A DNA stretch of 64,000 nucleotides from Candidatus Cloacimonadota bacterium (lineage in GTDB: Bacteria; Cloacimonadota; Cloacimonadia; Cloacimonadales; GCA-2742885): the NCBI GenBank assembly GCA_002742885.1, contig PDOO01000028.1, positions 22,849-86,848 of the forward strand. The letters are read 5' to 3'. Of the stretch, positions 54,306-62,605 are shown piece after piece (within the stretch, counting starts at the first letter, position 1; each line of letters begins with the position of its first letter). Position numbers and translations under genes: made by a program. Below the pieces are notes generated by a model, which saw nothing but the letters and a program-made list of their open reading frames with translations, was not told the origin of the DNA and did not search any database.

Positions 54306-55139
54306 TTATTTCCAATCCCCGATTTTCGGGGATTTTTTTTGTTGTCCGTCAAGAGGTTTGTAAAATTTATCGGAAAAGCCTGTTTCATTTATTTTCTCGA
54401 TCAGTTCTTGAGGATTATTGAATGTCCAAAATATTATTTCGGAATCATATGATTTTACGCTATGATTTATTTTTATTCCTTGTCCCAAAAAAGGAATCAG
54501 AACATAAGGTTCAATGGAAATTACGTCTTTTGAAGAGAAAATAAATTTTCCTAAAATAAATATGTTCAGTTCAAGTTTATTTTGGCTGATTATCAGTTTT
54601 GCGAACGGAAATGTTACATTAAATAAGCCTGTTCTTGCTCCGCCTCTTATACTTATTTCATCGGTGAAGTTTTTATTTGATATTGCTTGTCGGGATATTT
54701 TTTGTTCTTTTTCATTCCGCGAACCGGTATTTTTGACGATTTTTTCCCTCTTATACGTGTTTTTTTCTATTATTATCCCAATCGCAAAACCGATCAATGA
54801 GCCTATTATGCCTGCTGTAAGGCTGTACGCCGGAATAAATATGAAAGCCAAACTTGCAGTCGAAGCTCCTGTTTTTATTCTTGAAAAATCCGTAATCCAT
54901 GCTGTAATAAAAAAGCTTTGAAGAAAATTAAAGCCCGTTACTCCGCAGATATTGCACATTTTCAATGAAAATGGAATTTTTTGACTTGAAGAGTCTCTTG
55001 ATCTGTTTATAATTTCGGTTAATCCCGAAGCAGTTGCAAACGGAAGAATATTCCATAAAAATAATGACAGGTTCATTCCGGGAATAAGAAATACCGCAAT
55101 TGCTCCGAAGGCTGAAATTATATGAATAAAAATTCTCAT
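54306..55139 (-). CDS. hypothetical membrane protein (about 4 TM segments plus a C-terminal soluble beta-rich domain)
   Basis: Hydrophobic N-terminal half, Lys/Arg-rich linker, and a C-terminal ~110 aa domain (FPFAKLIISQNKLELN..IKINHSVKSYDSEIIFWTF). No family recognised. Confidence 0.5.
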   Translation of the reverse strand: MRIFIHIISAFGAIAVFLIPGMNLSLFLWNILPFATASGLTEIINRSRDSSSQKIPFSLKMCNICGVTGFNFLQSFFITAWITDFSRIKTGASTASLAFIFIPAYSLTAGIIGSLIGFAIGIIIEKNTYKREKIVKNTGSRNEKEQKISRQAISNKNFTDEISIRGGARTGLFNVTFPFAKLIISQNKLELNIFILGKFIFSSKDVISIEPYVLIPFLGQGIKINHSVKSYDSEIIFWTFNNPQELIEKINETGFSDKFYKPLDGQQKKSPKIGDWK

Positions 55140-55244
55140 ATTTTTCTCTGCAAGCTGTTATTTGTTTTTTTGAATTTCTATTAATGAATTCGGGCGGAAT
55201 CAGAATAACAAGCCCGGTTCTTAATATTTTTAATTCTGAAAACT

Positions 55245-55538
55245 TTATTCCGTTTCTCGTTTTTTTAAGATATTCTTTCTTTCTTCAGTGAATTTATGCC
55301 ACGGTAAAACTTTACCTGTTTCCATAAAATAAACAGCTGACATAAAGACATCAATTACGCAGGGATCATGTCTTTGACCTGTTGCTTTGCAAAGTTCGTC
55401 GTACATATTGAAAGGATCTTTCCCCGATAATTTCCGAGGATGATCAATGTCAATTTGCCTGAGACGATCTGCAATGGCTTTTCCTACATTCGGAAGATCT
55501 TCAAGAACGGAAACTGCTCCTTTATTTTTATCTTTCAT
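55245..55538 (-). CDS. helix-hairpin-helix domain protein (TfoX-C / Cdd1-like)
   Basis: LEDLPNVGKAIADRLRQIDI HhH motif, 97 aa. Confidence 0.6.
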   Translation of the reverse strand: MKDKNKGAVSVLEDLPNVGKAIADRLRQIDIDHPRKLSGKDPFNMYDELCKATGQRHDPCVIDVFMSAVYFMETGKVLPWHKFTEERKNILKKRETE

Positions 55539-55599
55539 TTCTCGCCTTATTTTCTGTTGCAGATTAAATAATTAATATCCGTAAAGTTCATAAATTTCA

Positions 55600-56949
55600 T
55601 TATTTATCCGTTTCAGAGTTTTTGCTTTTCTTCATGAGATAATCGGAGACGGCTTGATAGGCAGGTAATGAAGAAGGATCAATTGACGAGTTTTTAGCCG
55701 ACGGGAAAGATGCCAGGCGGACAATTACCATATCGGCTGTCGGGTCAATATATATGGTTTGTCCGTGAACGCCGCGTGCGGCAAAAGCTCCGTTTTTATT
55801 ATGAAAACTCCACCACATGCTCTTGTAGCTTCCGCCTTCAAGAGTTTTATATCCGGCTTTGGCGAATGCTTCTTTGTCGCCGCCTGCCATAATGTTTTCG
55901 GTTACTTTCGGAGAGAACAATTGTTTCCCGTTAATGCTTCCTTTGTTAAGCATTAAAAGACCTAAACGTCCTAAATCACGCATCCCGGCATTGAGTCCGC
56001 CTCCGGCGAAAGGCGTTCCCTTGGCATCTGCTGTCATGTATCCGTCCTGCTCCGCTCCTATTTTACTCCAAATGCGTTCAGACAATAATTGAGTAATGTC
56101 TTTTCCGGAAACTCTTGATATTATCCAACCGAGTACGTCGGAGTTTATTGTTCTGTAGCCGAAAGCTTCTCCGTGTTTTCCGCCTTTTTTTACGGTTTGC
56201 AAATATTCAAAATATCCATCGGGTCCGTTATAGTTTTTAGGCTTGGGCAAAGGACTTGCCGCTTTTGAATAAATCCAAATATCCGCATTGGGATCGGAAT
56301 AGTTTTCGCTGTAATCAAGAGCAGTTGTCATATCCATTACTTGACGTATTGAGGCATCTCCGAAGCCGCTGTTTTTAAGTTCCGGAATAATAGAGGATAC
56401 TTTTTCCTGATCATTAATTTTGCCTTCAACCGTTAATATTTCAGCTAAAAGTCCGGTAACCGATTTTGTCATAGACATTGCAGCATGTTTACCGTATTGG
56501 TTAAGACTTCCGAAATATTTTTCGTAAACGACTTTGCCTTTATGAATAATCAGGACTCCGTCTGTATAATTGGCTGAGAGTGATTCTTTCCAAGTCATAA
56601 CTTTATTGCTGTTAAGAGGTTTGAATATTAGCTGATCTATCTTTTCATCAAGATTGTATTCTAAAGGAATCGGAGCTTCTATGCCTCTGCTTACTTCTTT
56701 TGTCGGCATAAGTTCTCGGATATGACATACAGTCCATCTCAGCTTCGGGAAACTGAAAAAATCAGATTCCGGTTGCATGATTAATTTATCCGGCGGAGGA
56801 GGAAAGCCTTTCATCCAGCCTAATTTTTCAGGATTTGATTCTTCTGCATTCAAATAAGTCTCAGGTTTTGTCTTTGCTTCTGCAATCAGACCTTCGGCAA
56901 TAATAAGTACAATCGCAATAAATATTAATTTGTTAATTGATAATTTCAT
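55600..56949 (-). CDS. serine hydrolase, beta-lactamase (class C/AmpC-like) fold, secreted
   Basis: Signal peptide and SMTKS (SxxK) nucleophile motif, about 450 aa. Confidence 0.85.
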   Translation of the reverse strand: MKLSINKLIFIAIVLIIAEGLIAEAKTKPETYLNAEESNPEKLGWMKGFPPPPDKLIMQPESDFFSFPKLRWTVCHIRELMPTKEVSRGIEAPIPLEYNLDEKIDQLIFKPLNSNKVMTWKESLSANYTDGVLIIHKGKVVYEKYFGSLNQYGKHAAMSMTKSVTGLLAEILTVEGKINDQEKVSSIIPELKNSGFGDASIRQVMDMTTALDYSENYSDPNADIWIYSKAASPLPKPKNYNGPDGYFEYLQTVKKGGKHGEAFGYRTINSDVLGWIISRVSGKDITQLLSERIWSKIGAEQDGYMTADAKGTPFAGGGLNAGMRDLGRLGLLMLNKGSINGKQLFSPKVTENIMAGGDKEAFAKAGYKTLEGGSYKSMWWSFHNKNGAFAARGVHGQTIYIDPTADMVIVRLASFPSAKNSSIDPSSLPAYQAVSDYLMKKSKNSETDK

Positions 56950-57128
56950 GTTATTTTCTCCCCCGGGTGATTTTTATCTGCTTGAGCATAAAACCGAAGT
57001 TGCAAGCATATTTTTCTAAATCTTTGTTTTCATATCTTATTTAATGTCAATATCTTTTTGCTGTTTCTTCTATGTCGAGAAAATAAAAATGACGTTTTAG
57101 ATAAAATTTTTACATTTTTTATTTTTTT

Positions 57129-57146
57129 ATTTGCAACTCATTTGCA
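57129..57146 (+). promoter_or_regulatory. direct repeat ATTTGCA-N4-ATTTGCA upstream of the zur-znu operon
   Basis: Copies at 57129-57135 and 57140-57146, with 11-bp periodicity, about 40 nt upstream of ATG 57185. It is not a Fur-type palindrome. Confidence 0.2.
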
Positions 57147-57184
57147 TTTATTTATTTTGGCAACATCAAAAAAAAGGCAATAAA

Positions 57185-57583
57185 ATGGAAAGTATCAATG
57201 GAAATATAAAGTTAACGAACAAAAGAGAAATAATTTGGAAAGAAATACAAAAATTCAGTTTACCTTTTTCCGCAAATGATTTGCAAAAGGTATTAAGACA
57301 GGATACAGTCAATCAAACTACGATTTACAGATTTTTGCAACTTTTGACCGAAAAACAAATAATACGGGAAATTTCTATCGAAGACGGTATGCAATATTAT
57401 GAACTTCCGGGAGAAAATCACCCTCATTTTATTTGTAACAAATGCGGAGAAATAATTTGTCTCGGAAAACTTGATAACACGGATTTGCTTACTTTAACCA
57501 AATATTTGGGAGACAACGAAGCAAAATCTTTGAATTTAATTTTCCGAGGAATATGTTATAAATGCAGGAGGAAAAAATTATGA
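57185..57583 (+). CDS. zur: Fur-family metalloregulator (Zur-like)
   Basis: Winged-helix N-terminus (VNQTTIYRFLQLL), HPHFICNKCG and CYKC CxxC pairs. First gene of the znu operon. Start set at ATG 57185 (MESING). Confidence 0.8.
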   Translation: MESINGNIKLTNKREIIWKEIQKFSLPFSANDLQKVLRQDTVNQTTIYRFLQLLTEKQIIREISIEDGMQYYELPGENHPHFICNKCGEIICLGKLDNTDLLTLTKYLGDNEAKSLNLIFRGICYKCRRKKL

Positions 57584-58470
57584 AAAAATTAATTGCGCTG
57601 ATTGCAGCAATTTTGACGGTTCCGGGATGCAAAGGCAATATCGACAATACACCTGTCGTTTTTGTTTCGATTTTACCGCAAAAATATTTTGTCGAGAAGA
57701 TTGCCGGGGATATTGCAAATATAGAAGTCATGGTGCGTCCCGGATTTAATCCTGTCTCTTACAAGCCTGCTCCGAAACAATTTTCTTTGCTTGAAAAGTC
57801 CGACTTATTTTTTACGACGGGAGTGCCTTTTGAAAAATCATGGATACCAAAAATAAAATCAAATTATCCGAATTTAAATATTTGTCCCGTTCAAAAAGGA
57901 ATAAAACTCAGGGTAATGAAAGAAAATCATCATCACGAAGAGCATGAGAATGAACTCGTACATAATCATGAAGATAAAGTTCTTGATCCTCATATTTGGC
58001 TTGATCCGGTTCTTGTTAAAAAACAAGCGGAAAACATAAAAAACGGTTTGGTAAGTCAATATCCCGATAAAAAAGAAATTTTCGAAGAAAATTATCTTAA
58101 ATTTATTGCCGAACTTACAGAGCTGAATTCTGATCTTCAAGAAAAATTTAAACCTTTTGCCGGGAAAAAATTCATGGTATTTCATCCTACTTGGGGATAT
58201 TTTGCCGACCGTTTCAATATTGAACAGGTTCCGATCGAAACAGGAGGAAAAGAACCGACTTCAGCGCAACTTTTGGAAATTTTATCTTTGGCAAAAAAAG
58301 AAAACATAAGAGTAATTTTTATTCAAAAGCAGTTCAGCATCCATATTGCCGAATCGATTGCCGAAGAAATTAAAGGGGAAATCATCAGTTTAGATCCTTT
58401 GGCTTACGATTATATCATGAATTTGAGAAAAATTGCAACCGAAATGACAGAAGCGTTTAAGAGGAACTGA
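57580..58470 (+). CDS. znuA: zinc ABC transporter substrate-binding lipoprotein with His-rich loop
   Basis: AGGAGG RBS. Lipobox-like LTVPGC. His/acidic loop HHHEEHENELVHNHED and DPHIWLDP motif. ATGA overlap with the zur stop. Confidence 0.9.
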   Translation: MKKLIALIAAILTVPGCKGNIDNTPVVFVSILPQKYFVEKIAGDIANIEVMVRPGFNPVSYKPAPKQFSLLEKSDLFFTTGVPFEKSWIPKIKSNYPNLNICPVQKGIKLRVMKENHHHEEHENELVHNHEDKVLDPHIWLDPVLVKKQAENIKNGLVSQYPDKKEIFEENYLKFIAELTELNSDLQEKFKPFAGKKFMVFHPTWGYFADRFNIEQVPIETGGKEPTSAQLLEILSLAKKENIRVIFIQKQFSIHIAESIAEEIKGEIISLDPLAYDYIMNLRKIATEMTEAFKRN

Positions 58471-59195
58471 TGGCTATAATAGAATTTTCCGATGTTTGGT
58501 TCAGTTACAATAATTCAGTTGTTTTGGAAGACATTAATTTAAAAATAGAAAGAAACGATTTCTTTGCCGTTATCGGATCAAACGGCGGCGGGAAAACGAC
58601 TTTACTGAAATTAATTTTAGGTATTTTAAAGCCTGATTCAGGAATTGTTACGATAGACGGTCAAAAAGCAGGCGAAAAAAACATCATCGGTTATGTTCCT
58701 CAATACAGCGAATTTGACAACTCTTTTCCCATTAAAGTAAGAGAAGTTGTTCTTTCAGGTTTGGTGCAGCGAAAATCTTTTTTCCCGTATTATTCAGACA
58801 AAGAGATAAAAAAAGCTGAGGAAAGTTTGGAGGTATTGGGGGTAAGTCAAGTCGGCAAAAAAATTTTTCATAATCTTTCCGGAGGGCAAAAACAACGCGT
58901 GTTGATGGCGAGAGCTTTAATTTCAAAACCTGAAATTCTTATTTTGGACGAACCTACGGCAAGCGTTGATCATTCTGTTGAACAGGATATATTTGAACAT
59001 CTGAAAAAAATAAACGATAATATGACTATCGTAATGGTAACTCATGATCTGGGATTTGTATCTTCTTATGTAAATAAAGCAGCATGTCTGAACAGAAAAA
59101 TACACGTACATAATACATCGGAAATTAACAGGGATTCCGTATTTGAAATGTATCAAAACTCTGTTAAAATGATTCATCACAGTTGCGGATTATAG
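58470..59195 (+). CDS. znuC: zinc ABC transporter ATP-binding protein
   Basis: Walker A GSNGGGKTT, signature LSGGQKQR and Walker B ILILDEP. Confidence 0.9.
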   Translation: MAIIEFSDVWFSYNNSVVLEDINLKIERNDFFAVIGSNGGGKTTLLKLILGILKPDSGIVTIDGQKAGEKNIIGYVPQYSEFDNSFPIKVREVVLSGLVQRKSFFPYYSDKEIKKAEESLEVLGVSQVGKKIFHNLSGGQKQRVLMARALISKPEILILDEPTASVDHSVEQDIFEHLKKINDNMTIVMVTHDLGFVSSYVNKAACLNRKIHVHNTSEINRDSVFEMYQNSVKMIHHSCGL

Positions 59196-59203
59196 GGATT
59201 AAA

Positions 59204-60019
59204 ATGGATTTTTTTACGGCTTTAACTCAATATACCTTTTTACAAAATGCTGTTTTTGCAGCGGTTTTGTCAGCAATTACCTGCGGAGTAATCGGAAGTT
59301 TTGTGGTTGTCAGAAGAATGAGCATGATTTCAGGAGGACTTGCTCATGCCGTTTTGGGCGGAATAGGGGTTGCTTATTATTTCGGTTTTCCGTCTATGAC
59401 GGGAGCATTTATTACGGCAGTTCTGATGGCAATTGCTTTAGCGTGGCTGAAATCGAAAAACTTTGCTAACGAAGATATTATAATCAGCGCTTTTTGGTCG
59501 GGCGGAATGGCTGTCGGCATTATATTTATGAATCTTACTGCGGGTTACAACGTAGATTTAATGACAGTTCTTTTCGGTAATATTCTTTTGGTTACCAAAA
59601 CTGACTTGTATATTCTTTTGAGTCTTGCGGTTTCGGTTTGTTTATTTGCTTTTTTGTTTTACAGACAGCTTATTTCTGCCTCATTTGATGAAATTTATGC
59701 TAAACTCAGAGGTCTTAATTCAACTTTGATTTCTGTTCTTTTGCTTATCTTAACGGCTGTATCGATTGTTATTATTATGAAAATTGTCGGATTATTGCTG
59801 GTTATGGCTTTGATGACGCTTCCTGCCGCATCGGCTCGATTTTTTTCTGCCTCAGTTGCTCAAATGATTTTCGGAGCAATTATTATCGGACTGTTTAATT
59901 GTTTGACCGGAATTATCGCGGCATATATTCCGGATTTACCGCCGGGACCGGTTATAATTTTAATCAGTACTTTCGTTTATTTCGGATCATTAGCATTAAG
60001 TAAGTTTATAAAAATTTAA
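59204..60019 (+). CDS. znuB: zinc/manganese ABC transporter permease
   Basis: About 8 TM segments of the ABC-3 family pattern. Start set at ATG 59204 (MDFFTAL). Confidence 0.88.
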   Translation: MDFFTALTQYTFLQNAVFAAVLSAITCGVIGSFVVVRRMSMISGGLAHAVLGGIGVAYYFGFPSMTGAFITAVLMAIALAWLKSKNFANEDIIISAFWSGGMAVGIIFMNLTAGYNVDLMTVLFGNILLVTKTDLYILLSLAVSVCLFAFLFYRQLISASFDEIYAKLRGLNSTLISVLLLILTAVSIVIIMKIVGLLLVMALMTLPAASARFFSASVAQMIFGAIIIGLFNCLTGIIAAYIPDLPPGPVIILISTFVYFGSLALSKFIKI

Positions 60020-60044
60020 AAATAATAAAAAAAGGCGGTTAATT

Positions 60045-60359
60045 ATGGAAAAAACATCAAAATTTGTCGGGTTCATCCTTTTATATCATGATTATGTTTA
60101 TTTGTTTGCGGTAAACTTAATTTCTTTTGCGCTTTTCGGAATAGATAAACTGAAATCTTTGGGCAATAAAAAACGCATATCTGAAAAAACGCTTTTGTTT
60201 TTTACTTTTATAGGGGGAACTCCGGGATCTTTTGCAGGTAAATTTTTGTTCAAACACAAAACAAGTAAACGAAGCTTCAATGTAAAGCTTGCAGCGATTG
60301 CGGTTATTCAGGTTTTTCTTATCACAGGATGGATTTTTCTGAAAAGAAACAATCAGTAA
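60045..60359 (+). CDS. DUF1294 membrane protein
   Basis: FGIDKLKS..KRISEKTLLFFTFIGGTPGSFAGKFLFKHKTSK matches the DUF1294 core. Confidence 0.75.
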   Translation: MEKTSKFVGFILLYHDYVYLFAVNLISFALFGIDKLKSLGNKKRISEKTLLFFTFIGGTPGSFAGKFLFKHKTSKRSFNVKLAAIAVIQVFLITGWIFLKRNNQ

Positions 60360-60418
60360 AATAATATGTTTGTATTATGATTGCGGACAAGCGATAGTTT
60401 ATTTGTATTCAAACGCTC

Positions 60419-60444
60419 AAAAAAAACCCCGATTTAAATCGGGG
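60419..60444 (-). terminator. rho-independent terminator (CCCCGATTT/AAATCGGGG palindrome; U-run on the minus strand)
   Basis: 18-nt perfect palindrome at 60427-60444, flanked by A8 on the plus strand, which is T8 after the hairpin on the minus strand. It lies downstream of the TPR gene. Confidence 0.85.
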
Positions 60445-60468
60445 TTCGTAAAATCAATAAGTGATGTG

Positions 60469-61449
60469 TTATTCAGACTCAATTGATTTTATATAATCTT
60501 TGGCAATTTTACCGTATTTCGGGCTTGACGTAATTTTTTTGAAATCCGCCAAAGCTTCCTGTTTCTTATTAAGATCGTAAGATATTCTGGCGCGGTAATA
60601 GATTGCGTCTTTGTTGTTCTTTTCTTTTTTAAGCAATTGTTCAACTTTCTTTTTGGCATTGATGAGATCTTTTTTGTCGTAATATTTTACAAGCAACAAT
60701 AAAGAAATATCTTTGTCGTAATTCATTGAAATCGATTTCTCGTAATTTTCGAGTGATTTTTGAGTATTGCCGAGATCTTCGTATAATTTACCCATGTTTT
60801 TATAGGTAGCTGCTTTATTTTGATTGCTGGGATTAGTTGCAAGATAGCGAGAATAAGCATCGATTGCTTTGGCGTTTTCGCCCATTTTTTTGTAGAGATA
60901 AGCAATGTTTTTGATTGTTTTTGCTGATGCTTTTTCGGAAAAAGATTTTTCGTAGTAAATAACCGAATTTTCCAAGTCGTTAAGTTTCTTGTAATAAGAT
61001 CCTATTTTGGAATAAGTTTTTGCAGATTTTTTTATTTTCGTTTTTTCTTTTAAGATTTCAATGGCTTTATTGTAATCTTTAAGTTTTTTTACGTATATCA
61101 AAGCTGCTTGGTCGTAATTTTTAAGTTTGTGATCCAATTTATAAGTATCTAATTTGATTCTTACGGCATTTTCGTAATCTTTTCCGTTTAAATAGCAACC
61201 GTAAAGATTTTTATTCATTTTCATGAGTTTGTCTTTCATGGCTGCTTCGCCTGTTTCTTTGGCTGCTTCCTTATATTTTCCGAGAGCTGCTTCATATTTC
61301 TCGGCTGCCTCTCGGAATTTGCTTTCTTTAAATAAAGCATCTCCTTCCGATGCCAATTTGTTTCCTTCTGATTCAACTCCGGCTGCGAATAATACGCCGC
61401 ATGAGATAATAATGGTTATAAACAGTATGAATGCTTTACGCAAATTCAT
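60469..61449 (-). CDS. tetratricopeptide-repeat protein, secreted
   Basis: Signal peptide, then repeated A..Y..A(L/I)...P-type 34-residue TPR units throughout. Confidence 0.8.
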   Translation of the reverse strand: MNLRKAFILFITIIISCGVLFAAGVESEGNKLASEGDALFKESKFREAAEKYEAALGKYKEAAKETGEAAMKDKLMKMNKNLYGCYLNGKDYENAVRIKLDTYKLDHKLKNYDQAALIYVKKLKDYNKAIEILKEKTKIKKSAKTYSKIGSYYKKLNDLENSVIYYEKSFSEKASAKTIKNIAYLYKKMGENAKAIDAYSRYLATNPSNQNKAATYKNMGKLYEDLGNTQKSLENYEKSISMNYDKDISLLLLVKYYDKKDLINAKKKVEQLLKKEKNNKDAIYYRARISYDLNKKQEALADFKKITSSPKYGKIAKDYIKSIESE

Positions 61450-61522
61450 TTAAAAACCTCCGTCTTAATTTTTCGCCAAAATATTTTGTTAGGTTGAAGT
61501 GTCAATTATGATTTAGTTGTTT

Positions 61523-62425
61523 CTAACTGGTCAAAGCTGCTAAAGCAATGGAATAAAGTTTTGTGTTTTCTGAGTCTCCCCGCGATGAAAGGATAGCCGG
61601 AACTTTGGCTCCGACCAAAACAGCTGCAACTTCTGCTCCGGCAAGTTTGGTCATTGATTTATAAAAAACGTTTCCTGCTTCGATGTTGGGGAAGAGAAGG
61701 CAGTCGGCATCTCCGGCAACTTCGCTTTTAAGACCTTTTATTTCTGCTGATTTCTTGTCTATGGCTACATCCAGAGCAAGAGGTCCGTCAATTATGCATT
61801 TTTTTATTTGTCCTCTGTCGTTCATTTTGGCAAGCACTGCCGCATCAACGCAAGGAGGCATTTTGGGGTTGGCTTTTTCGGTTGCGGTAATTATTGCCAC
61901 TTTGGGAGTTTCGATACCGAGAGAATGAGCGGCTTTTACCAAATAATTGATAATGGCTGCTTTTTGAGGAAGTTCGGGATATGGAATAATGGCAACGTCT
62001 CCGACCAGAAGAAGTTTATGATAATATTGAGATTCAACAACCGTAACATGGGTCAAAGTTGCTTTGGGAGGCAAGAGTCCTTTTTCTTTATTTAAGATTG
62101 CTCTCATGTATTTATCGGTTGAAATCAGTCCTTTCATAATGAAATCGCCTTTGCCTTCATTTATGAGATCAACGGCTTTTATGCCGCTTTTCATTTCGTC
62201 TTTTTCGTTTACGATTTCAAAAATTTCAGGATTAATTTTATTGGTTTGACAAAGTTCTTTTATTTTTTCTTCGTCACCCACTAAGGTTGCGTCAATAATG
62301 CCGAGTTCAACGGCTTTGGTAAGAGCGGCTATAGTGTTAGGATCTTGACCGTAAGCGACTACGACTCTTTTTTTCGGTTTTGATTTGATTGCTTCAAGCA
62401 TTTGTGATAATTTTGTTACTTTCAC
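61523..62425 (-). CDS. ptb: phosphate butyryltransferase (PTA_PTB family)
   Basis: 300 aa with KKRVVVAYGQD, IMKGLISTD and LLFPNIEAGNVFYK motifs typical of Ptb. Confidence 0.85.
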   Translation of the reverse strand: MKVTKLSQMLEAIKSKPKKRVVVAYGQDPNTIAALTKAVELGIIDATLVGDEEKIKELCQTNKINPEIFEIVNEKDEMKSGIKAVDLINEGKGDFIMKGLISTDKYMRAILNKEKGLLPPKATLTHVTVVESQYYHKLLLVGDVAIIPYPELPQKAAIINYLVKAAHSLGIETPKVAIITATEKANPKMPPCVDAAVLAKMNDRGQIKKCIIDGPLALDVAIDKKSAEIKGLKSEVAGDADCLLFPNIEAGNVFYKSMTKLAGAEVAAVLVGAKVPAILSSRGDSENTKLYSIALAALTS

Positions 62426-62605
62426 ATTTCCTCCGAGGAATTTTAATATTATTCAAAGCAAAAAAAATATATGTTCATGTCAAGTAATTTGAACAGGTTT
62501 AACCTTGTGCCGAAAATGAAATTGACGTAATGGACAGTCTCAAAAAAAATCAGTTTCATCAAAATAATTGAAATAAAAAAATTATATTTATGCGGACGGA
62601 AGATT

